DNA of 64,000 nt. Source: a virus. The DNA lies in the IMG/VR virus record IMGVR_UViG_3300031918_000730, positions 15,875 through 79,874 of that record; one strand, written 5' to 3'. Position numbers and translations under genes: made by a program. The first letter of the stretch is position 1. Every line of letters begins with the position of its first letter. Of the stretch, positions 57,288 through 64,000 are shown piece by piece. The notes beneath the pieces are model-generated. The model did not search any database and had not been told where the DNA came from. It saw nothing but the letters and a program-made list of their open reading frames with translations.

Positions 57288-57827
57288 AGTACCCCAGACG
57301 AAAGCAATAGTTGCAAGTATCACGCCTACAGTAATTTGCTTCCATCCTATCTTTTCTTCATATTGTGTGATGATTACTTTTTGAGTGTCGACCTCTTTAA
57401 CAATAGTGGCTACTGCACTTGTACAGGTTGCAACTACCCTAGAGGAAGCCTCATACTTAATCGAGTCTCTAATACGCTGATTGTTAGCGTCTAGTGCCTT
57501 CCTAAGTTGAGTGTATCCGGTCGTGTACTTTGTAGTGTCTATCGAATCGCGTTCGAAAGTCTTATTGAACATCGTATCTACACTATCTGGGCTTGTTCTC
57601 CATAAAGTGTCGTGCTTTGTCCTATATCGAATTTCAGCCTTTTCTTTGATAGTGTCGTACTTAATTACCGTATCACGGACCTTAGATTGCTCGGCGTGCG
57701 CAGTCTTAGAAATAGTATCTATTGCTTGACTTGCACCCGAACAACTCTTCAAAGGGCCGAATGTGAAGAGTGAAAAAAGTACAACGAATAGAGCAACGAT
57801 TCCCCATCGAGTTAATTCTTCGCGCAT
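57273..57827 (-). CDS. spanin-like protein (possible unimolecular spanin)
   Basis: N-terminal hydrophobic signal ending LKSC, C-terminal TM segment; directly downstream of the endolysin. Confidence 0.55.
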   Translation of the reverse strand: MREELTRWGIVALFVVLFSLFTFGPLKSCSGASQAIDTISKTAHAEQSKVRDTVIKYDTIKEKAEIRYRTKHDTLWRTSPDSVDTMFNKTFERDSIDTTKYTTGYTQLRKALDANNQRIRDSIKYEASSRVVATCTSAVATIVKEVDTQKVIITQYEEKIGWKQITVGVILATIAFVWGTSSAK

Positions 57828-57829
57828 GA

Positions 57830-58228
57830 TTAAGCCTTGAACCAGAGTACTTCGTTATTGATTCGAGAGCGGACATCGACGTGAAGCCAGCTAACTCCAA
57901 GTTCAACACCGCCTAGATTCTTCAATTTACCTGCGGCCACCGCCTCTTTCACCTTAGCCCTAGCAACCTCTGCAGACATTCCACTCGGATGCATATCTGC
58001 GGCCTGTCCTAGCTTATGTTTGCTCTTGGGTGCTCCAATGGTACATTTCTTAGTCCTAAGACCACACCACTGTCGATCTCCACCTGAAGCGTAGTTATTG
58101 ATCGAACATGGAACTCCTAGAAGTTCTCTAATTTCGTCAATCAGGTCTAGTAGCTTCTGGTCAATTAACTTGACATTAGTTTCACCCTCAGGTAGCAACT
58201 CTTCGGCCTTGAAATACTTACTTATCAT
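57830..58228 (-). CDS. endolysin, peptidase M15 family
   Basis: GLR, SKHKLGQAAD, WLHVD; late promoter at 58254-58259 with AAGGAG SD. Confidence 0.85.
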   Translation of the reverse strand: MISKYFKAEELLPEGETNVKLIDQKLLDLIDEIRELLGVPCSINNYASGGDRQWCGLRTKKCTIGAPKSKHKLGQAADMHPSGMSAEVARAKVKEAVAAGKLKNLGGVELGVSWLHVDVRSRINNEVLWFKA

Positions 58229-58278
58229 TACAACTCCTTATGTTGAACTCAATTATTTAGTATTCCATAAATATCAAT

Positions 58279-58626
58279 ATGAAGCTCGGGACATTTATAC
58301 AGAGGATTTTCTGCGAACCAGACGGGACTCCGTCGAATAAAAGACTAATCGCTAGTTATTCTGTATTGGTGTATTCGCTCGTGATGTTGTCTGCTTTTTT
58401 CTTAGCACTCCCTCTCACCGAGAGCGTAATTCATATGGCCGACGTATTACTCGGAAGCGCAATGGGTACTTATGTGGTTGGTAGATTTGCAGAAAAGAAG
58501 CCATTACTACAAGTCGAAGAACCTGAGCCAGAACCAGAGCCGACTCCTAAAAGAGTAAAGAAGGTAGTTGACACTGAAGAGGAAACTCCAGAAGAGTCAA
58601 CAGAAGATTCAGTCAAGAAACAGTAA
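58279..58626 (+). CDS. holin-like membrane protein
   Basis: Two TM segments after SNKR, charged C-terminal tail, late promoter at 58268-58273, next to the endolysin. Confidence 0.65.
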   Translation: MKLGTFIQRIFCEPDGTPSNKRLIASYSVLVYSLVMLSAFFLALPLTESVIHMADVLLGSAMGTYVVGRFAEKKPLLQVEEPEPEPEPTPKRVKKVVDTEEETPEESTEDSVKKQ

Positions 58627-58644
58627 ATTCGCTATAATACGAGT

Positions 58645-59460
58645 ATGCGAATAACTGTACTCACCGTCTGCTATAACGAAGAATATCTAATTCGAGACTT
58701 TCTCGATCACTATCGAGGATTAGGCGTGAATCGTATTGTAGTGTACGATAACATGTCGACCGATAATACCGTTGCGATATGTAAAGAGTACGACAAAACA
58801 CACCAAGGTTGTAGTGTTGAGGTTGTGAACTACGACACTAACGGGCAAATTAGAGATGACGTATATCTTGAAATCAAGAATAACGCATGGAAGAAGTACA
58901 AGTCTGACTATTTCATCGTAGTTGACTGTGACGAATTCTTGGAAGTACCACTCACATGCGACGAAGATGCCGAAGACAATAAGAGACTCGTAAGGTATCT
59001 CGCAGGTATGAAGAAGGGATATGTCCTTCCGAAGGTACTCGGAGTCCAGATTGTAAATGATGATCGTGATGATATTGACATCAGCTTCGACAATGATACT
59101 AAGCAATGCGTAAGGGACGATACTTTCAATAAGAGATGTATCTTCAGTAGGGAATTGGTGCCTGTATATAGACCCGGATGTCACGCATTCTCAGTCGAGC
59201 CGAAGAACAGGGCCGCGCTAGAGGCATCCATTGCAGTAGAATCTACAGTGAAGCCTCTATACCTATTCCACCTCAAGTATATTGACCGTGAATACGTCAT
59301 CAAGCGACATGCTGAGTTCAAGACTAGATTGTCCGATTTCAATAAGAAGAACAATTACGGACATCAGTATACCATGGACGCTAAGGCAATCGGATTGAAA
59401 TTCGACTACCTGAAGAAGTACGCGACTACGCTTCTAGAAGTATTTGCTAAGGGATACTAA
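58645..59460 (+). CDS. glycosyltransferase family 2
   Basis: CYNEE, YDNMSTDNT, VDCDEF. Confidence 0.85.
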   Translation: MRITVLTVCYNEEYLIRDFLDHYRGLGVNRIVVYDNMSTDNTVAICKEYDKTHQGCSVEVVNYDTNGQIRDDVYLEIKNNAWKKYKSDYFIVVDCDEFLEVPLTCDEDAEDNKRLVRYLAGMKKGYVLPKVLGVQIVNDDRDDIDISFDNDTKQCVRDDTFNKRCIFSRELVPVYRPGCHAFSVEPKNRAALEASIAVESTVKPLYLFHLKYIDREYVIKRHAEFKTRLSDFNKKNNYGHQYTMDAKAIGLKFDYLKKYATTLLEVFAKGY

Positions 59461-60203
59461 TGCTAGATTTGACGTTAGTTAGCTGTAACTACAATACTCC
59501 AGCCCAGATAGAGACTATGTTGAAGTCTTGGGCTGTTCATAATGAAGAAGTATCTCGAAACTGCCTAATCATGGAGCATTCGAGCAATGACGACTCGATT
59601 GAATTCCTAAATTCGAGTGGAGTTCCATATGTTCGGAGCCGAGGCGCTGTTCATTATAGGGGGGTCGAGGCCGCACTTAGTTTAGTGAACACTAGGTACA
59701 TGCTACTAGTTGATTCAGACGTTGTATTCAATAAACCTCTCATGCCAGTGTTACAGCACTACATTGACAGTTCTATTCACGTCGCAGGTCATGTTGAAGG
59801 TGATCGAGGTGGATTCCTTTTGCATAAGAGAGTACATCCATGGTTCTGTTTCATCGACGTTGACTTCGTTGCACATCATAGTTTGAAATATGTGGACCTC
59901 CACAAGGTCAGAAAGACTAGATCAGAGGGTTTCTACGGAAACATACCAACTACCGACTTCCATCCAATTAAGAAGTATGACGTTGGAGCTACATTCTTGG
60001 AAGATGTAATGGGAGTTAATGGTAGAGTCCTGAACCACAACATAGAGGGGGATTTCTTCACTCACTTCGAAGGCATGTCGTGGAGGAAGAACACTGACAT
60101 TCAGCAGTTACTAGACGCCGCTAACGAAACAGACAAAAGATTTGAAGTGGAATACAAAAAATATATAAATGTAGATTTGAAAGGGTTTTTTAATGCGCGT
60201 TAG
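59460..60203 (+). CDS. glycosyltransferase family 2-like
   Basis: SCNYNT, LLVDSDV, HPWFCFID. Confidence 0.78.
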   Translation: MLDLTLVSCNYNTPAQIETMLKSWAVHNEEVSRNCLIMEHSSNDDSIEFLNSSGVPYVRSRGAVHYRGVEAALSLVNTRYMLLVDSDVVFNKPLMPVLQHYIDSSIHVAGHVEGDRGGFLLHKRVHPWFCFIDVDFVAHHSLKYVDLHKVRKTRSEGFYGNIPTTDFHPIKKYDVGATFLEDVMGVNGRVLNHNIEGDFFTHFEGMSWRKNTDIQQLLDAANETDKRFEVEYKKYINVDLKGFFNAR

Positions 60204-60978
60204 TTATGTTCAGCCGATATTTGCACCTAATGAAGAAATGACGATCAGGAATCTAACAAGTCTGAAATCATTCTTCGACTATTACGAAAGCCATAATTAC
60301 AATTTCAAGTGTGTATTTGGTGGATATTCTAGTGACGATGCTAACTGGGATCGCATCTCAAAGTATATTCAATCTAGAAACAAACAAGCTATCATCTACA
60401 GATTCGATAAGAACTATGGAAAGGCTCATGTCGTAAATCACTTAGTGAGTGCATTTCTAGACGATGAGACGTATTTCCTTACTGCAGACTCAGACATTAT
60501 ATACAAGATGGACGAGGATGACATAATTAGTAGACTGATCGAAGCGTTCGCAGAAGCAAATAGGCTAAATCTAACACCCGCATTGATCTCCTTATTTCAG
60601 GAGGTCAATAATTGCCAGATGCTTGAGTTGTGCTATGAGAATAGGTACTACTATCACGGAGAATACAACTTCGAAATGTTCTGTCACCCGAATGGGAGTG
60701 GTGGAGTTGCGGGTGGGTGTCTATTCATTTCTAAGAAATTCTGGGATCGAGTTGGCGGCTATAGGGTACTTGGAGTATATGCAGGTGATGACGCTAACCT
60801 GATGCAGGACGCATATAACAACGGCTACAAATTCCTAATGTCGAATTCAGTGAGATGCATACACCCAAATGAGACGATGCCAGCATATAGGGAATGGAAG
60901 ATTAAGGTGTGTCCTACTGTTCAGGAGTTGGATGTAGCTGTAGACGATGCCAACAATTTCTGGAAAATGAGGGGCTAA
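60193..60978 (+). CDS. glycosyltransferase family 2-like
   Basis: NYGKA, TADSDI, GGCLFI..KFWDRVGGY, YAGDD. Confidence 0.8.
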   Translation: MRVSYVQPIFAPNEEMTIRNLTSLKSFFDYYESHNYNFKCVFGGYSSDDANWDRISKYIQSRNKQAIIYRFDKNYGKAHVVNHLVSAFLDDETYFLTADSDIIYKMDEDDIISRLIEAFAEANRLNLTPALISLFQEVNNCQMLELCYENRYYYHGEYNFEMFCHPNGSGGVAGGCLFISKKFWDRVGGYRVLGVYAGDDANLMQDAYNNGYKFLMSNSVRCIHPNETMPAYREWKIKVCPTVQELDVAVDDANNFWKMRG

Positions 60979-60986
60979 ATACTCAA

Positions 60987-61508
60987 ATGCCATACAGTCA
61001 TCCAGCACACTACACTAATGTAGTAAACCTAATCAGAACAAACTTCAACCCTAGCGAGACTTCAATTATTGATATTGGATGTGGCGCAGGTGTATATAGA
61101 GATCTCCTTCCAGAATATGTAATGGACGGAATTGAAGTATATGAGAAGTATATTAACGACTTCAAGTTGCGCGAGAAGTATCGCACAATCTTCAACGAAG
61201 ACGTTGTCGAGTTCAAGTTCACAGGTAAGAAGTATACTCTCGCAATCATGGGCGACATCTTAGAACACCTCAGCGTCGAAGATGCTAAGAAGGTTCTGAA
61301 TGCAATCAAGAAGGCAAATATTTCCCTCATTGTTCAGGTTCCTTACCTATATGAGCAGGGGGTTTATGACGGAAATGTACACGAGATCCATCTACAGCCA
61401 GACCTTACCCATGAAGTATTTCTGTCGAGATATGAGGAATATGGATTCAGTTTCCTAGTAGAGGATTCTGTTTGTGGGGCTTACTATATTTTCCGTAAGG
61501 GAGAGTAA
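60987..61508 (+). CDS. class I SAM-dependent methyltransferase; start revised to 60987
   Basis: IIDIGCGAG, GDILEHL; CTAAATA 5 nt upstream. Confidence 0.85.
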   Translation: MPYSHPAHYTNVVNLIRTNFNPSETSIIDIGCGAGVYRDLLPEYVMDGIEVYEKYINDFKLREKYRTIFNEDVVEFKFTGKKYTLAIMGDILEHLSVEDAKKVLNAIKKANISLIVQVPYLYEQGVYDGNVHEIHLQPDLTHEVFLSRYEEYGFSFLVEDSVCGAYYIFRKGE

Positions 61509-61510
61509 CA

Positions 61511-61744
61511 ATGAAGACGTTAACTAGATTTAAGAAGTGGGCTGTTCGTAAGATTTTCGGAGTAAAGTACGGAATCGACATCGAACTAGTAGGTACAGTA
61601 GCCTTCATCAGAGTCGACTGTGGATATATGCCACCTTCTAAAGCACAAGAACATACCCTGAGATATGCTAAGATATTCACTGAGGAAGTTAGGATTGCTA
61701 TGGGGGTAACCCATTGCCAATTTGTACCATACACCCGAGGATAA
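61511..61744 (+). CDS. 77-aa protein carrying the portal clip motif
   Basis: VDCGYMPPSKAQEH versus portal IPTGNMPPIKAEEH; GGGAG SD. Confidence 0.65.
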   Translation: MKTLTRFKKWAVRKIFGVKYGIDIELVGTVAFIRVDCGYMPPSKAQEHTLRYAKIFTEEVRIAMGVTHCQFVPYTRG

Positions 61745-61750
61745 TCTGAC

Positions 61751-63640
61751 ATGAAGCGTCCGGTAATTTATTATCACCTATGGAGAGGCGGAGATTGGCG
61801 TGCGGTCAATGCGAGGATTTTTTCGGCATTAGCCGAGTCAGGTCTAGCCGACTACGCAGATACTATTCACATTTGCGTGAATGATGGTGACAGTACATCT
61901 GATATTGAATTATACGGACTGCCTGAAGATAAGGTACTGTTTCGGCAGGTAAAGAATACTGGCTCGGAATGGCCTACGCTCGAAGCACTCTACGAGGATT
62001 ACGTCTCTGAGTCAGATGTCCCCGTCATGTATCTCCATAGCAAGGGCGCTAGTTACCCTGACGGCGATCCTAGAGTCGACGGAGTGCGCTCATGGGTGGA
62101 TGGACTCCTCTACTACACGGTAGAGGACTGGAGGGCCTGCCTCTCGATGATGCGCCTTGGTGCATTGGCTGTAGGTGCCAACAAAAGAGACACTCCAACT
62201 GTACATTACTCTGGAAATTTCTGGTGGATTTCTGCAGATGCACTTAAAGCACTGCCCAATCCGAAACTACAGGACCAGAGCCACAATAACCGATTCGGAG
62301 CGGAATTCTGGATCGGCCATTTAGGTACTGTCAACCTAAAGAACAACGGACTTGTAGGATTCGACTATCTTAAGAAGATTCCTCGTTCGCTATATGAAAA
62401 GCCACTAAAGATTAGTCGGAAGTTGAAGAATCTCTGCATTCATGTAGACGATAGAATGGATTTAACCCCGTTCATTAATTCTGGACTACCTTACGATACA
62501 TACCGCAACGGACTTAATTCGTATGCGAGAACGTACATAGAATACATCATCGCTAATTACGAAGACTTACCTGAATATACCTATTTCATTAGGACTAGTC
62601 AGGTAATTGCACATTCACCTAATATCTTCGACTTAGTCGAGCACTGGAATCCTAACGGATTCGAGTTCATGTCTAAGGGGATACTCGACTGTAATGGCAA
62701 TGGTGGGCCTCATCACCCCGGACTTCCAGTAGAGAGATTCTGGAATGCAATTTACCCTGAGCAATCAGCACCAGAGTCTTATCGATTTGGTGCAGGTGCT
62801 CAGTTTGCAGTGCATCGTGACAAAATCCTACTCAATTCACTAGACTTCTACATTGACTTGCTTGGTTTGATTTCTACTAGGATTAATCCTGTTGAAGATT
62901 TCATACTTGAACGTCTATGGGGGCTAATATTTGCTGAGAAGGAAGCAACGGTATCTGATTTTGACTTAGAGGTATTCATCTTCAACTACGGATTGATGGA
63001 TAACGCTTTGAAGATGCGCCAGCAGTTCTATGAAGTTGGCGTTAATGCAGTAATTCTCGACAGTGACAGCGGAAATCCTGTACCTGAACTCGACTATGTA
63101 CACTCGTTCGACAATATATTCTACAGTGGACTGTGGAACGAGGCTCTTAATTTGTTCCAAGGTAGCCACATGATGGTAGTTACCTCAGACGTAGAAATTC
63201 CTGATCCTAAGAAATTGGTGAATAACGCCAAGGTGTTTTACAAGTCAGACAAGGCTTGGATCTACGCACCTAACGTGAATTACACTTTCTGGGAATATGA
63301 ACTGTCGGCTCTTGAGAATTACTCCAGAGACATTAAGCTGGTTCCAAATACTGACGGAATGTGTTGGATGCTAAGTTCAGATGCAGTATATTCAGTTGGC
63401 AATATAGACAATGAAATCAATAAGATTGGATTCGGCGTCGACCTACTAGCCGCAATGTTTGCGAAGAAGGCTGGTAAATTGGTTGGTCGAGATTACTCGA
63501 TTACAGTTAAGCACCCACAAACAAGATCATACGACAGTTCGGATGCAGAGACTCAGGAGTTTGAGTGGATCAGTAGTCTAGGATACTTGCAAGAGTACGT
63601 CCCCTACCGGAACCACTACGCGATGAGCTTCTTGCGCTAG
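61751..63640 (+). CDS. multidomain glycan-related protein (GT-like + DUF3431-like + GT2-like)
   Basis: YLHSKG/HYSGNFWW/AEFWI; YIIANYEDLP...GAQFAV...LERLW; C-terminal SGLWNEA...TSDV. Confidence 0.7.
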   Translation: MKRPVIYYHLWRGGDWRAVNARIFSALAESGLADYADTIHICVNDGDSTSDIELYGLPEDKVLFRQVKNTGSEWPTLEALYEDYVSESDVPVMYLHSKGASYPDGDPRVDGVRSWVDGLLYYTVEDWRACLSMMRLGALAVGANKRDTPTVHYSGNFWWISADALKALPNPKLQDQSHNNRFGAEFWIGHLGTVNLKNNGLVGFDYLKKIPRSLYEKPLKISRKLKNLCIHVDDRMDLTPFINSGLPYDTYRNGLNSYARTYIEYIIANYEDLPEYTYFIRTSQVIAHSPNIFDLVEHWNPNGFEFMSKGILDCNGNGGPHHPGLPVERFWNAIYPEQSAPESYRFGAGAQFAVHRDKILLNSLDFYIDLLGLISTRINPVEDFILERLWGLIFAEKEATVSDFDLEVFIFNYGLMDNALKMRQQFYEVGVNAVILDSDSGNPVPELDYVHSFDNIFYSGLWNEALNLFQGSHMMVVTSDVEIPDPKKLVNNAKVFYKSDKAWIYAPNVNYTFWEYELSALENYSRDIKLVPNTDGMCWMLSSDAVYSVGNIDNEINKIGFGVDLLAAMFAKKAGKLVGRDYSITVKHPQTRSYDSSDAETQEFEWISSLGYLQEYVPYRNHYAMSFLR

Positions 63641-63664
63641 TAGATGAGCCACCCTCTCGGAGGG

Positions 63665-63673
63665 TGCTACAAT
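63665..63673 (+). promoter_or_regulatory. extended -10 promoter TGCTACAAT, leaderless, overlapping a hairpin
   Basis: 6 nt before ATG 63680; CACCCT-CTCGG-AGGGTG hairpin immediately upstream. Confidence 0.7.
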
Positions 63674-63679
63674 AAGCGT

Positions 63680-63985
63680 ATGCGAAAGCGTCTTAATATA
63701 GAGAGGGACGAGGAGATGTATCATACCCTCGTCCGTTTGCTCGTTGAAGTTACAGAATCTCTTCGGAGGGATTTTTCGGCAATGGCGGACGGCAATTCGT
63801 ACTCTACTGTTCGTAGAGTTCGAAAGCATCTCACAAATATGCGCAAAATTACGAAAGAGATGAGCGCGGCTACGAACTATAAGAAGGAGAAGATAGTTGA
63901 AGCTCAGTGGGGTGGAACAGTTCCATCGAAATACTACAGAGCAAACAAGAAAAGGAAGGCTGAATCAGAACCACTGATTCTGTAG
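63680..63985 (+). CDS. basic protein, histone H1-like Hc1-family candidate; start revised to 63680
   Basis: DFSAMADGN...RRVRKHLTNMRKITKEM resembles the Hc1 core D....GNK.A..R.RK. Confidence 0.45.
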   Translation: MRKRLNIERDEEMYHTLVRLLVEVTESLRRDFSAMADGNSYSTVRRVRKHLTNMRKITKEMSAATNYKKEKIVEAQWGGTVPSKYYRANKKRKAESEPLIL

Positions 63986-64000
63986 GGTAGAAAATGGAAC

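Noticed and set aside
58517-58545. Short tandem repeat
   Set aside because: It only encodes an EPEPEP linker in the holin tail.
1-64000. tRNAs, CRISPR arrays, stop-codon recoding, reverse-transcriptase systems
   Set aside because: None were seen by eye; conserved genes are full length in the standard code and end in TAA, TAG or TGA. A tRNAscan or Infernal run would be needed to exclude small RNAs.

Overview
This window is part of a large, divergent T4-like (gp23-type capsid) myophage genome read in the standard genetic code. From left to right it holds: a head module (portal, prohead core, protease, scaffold, major capsid, neck); an RpoD-like sigma factor; uvsW/uvsY; a ~500-bp structured non-coding region; the T4-type replication, recombination and late-transcription core (gp46, gp55, gp47, gp43, UvsX, gp41, gp33-like, gp32, gp61, RuvC-like, RNase H, gp45, gp44); nucleotide metabolism genes (dNMP kinase, class II RNR, ThyX, dUTPase); an NAD+ salvage operon; a lysis cassette; and a glycosyltransferase cluster. 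Four things stand out. (1) There are stand-alone miniature copies of virion-protein domains: a capsid A-domain paralog under a non-late promoter, a 77-aa protein carrying the portal clip motif, and possibly a tail-sheath C-terminal fragment. These may be structural decoys against host immune sensors. (2) About two dozen genes have a promoter box 5-7 nt before the start codon, implying pervasive leaderless mRNA, and three promoter classes are visible. (3) A promoter-driven, G-rich structured RNA upstream of uvsY looks like an R-loop origin or ncRNA. (4) A nested hairpin switch sits at the DNA polymerase start. All assignments come from motifs recognised by eye and from gene order; no database searches were run.
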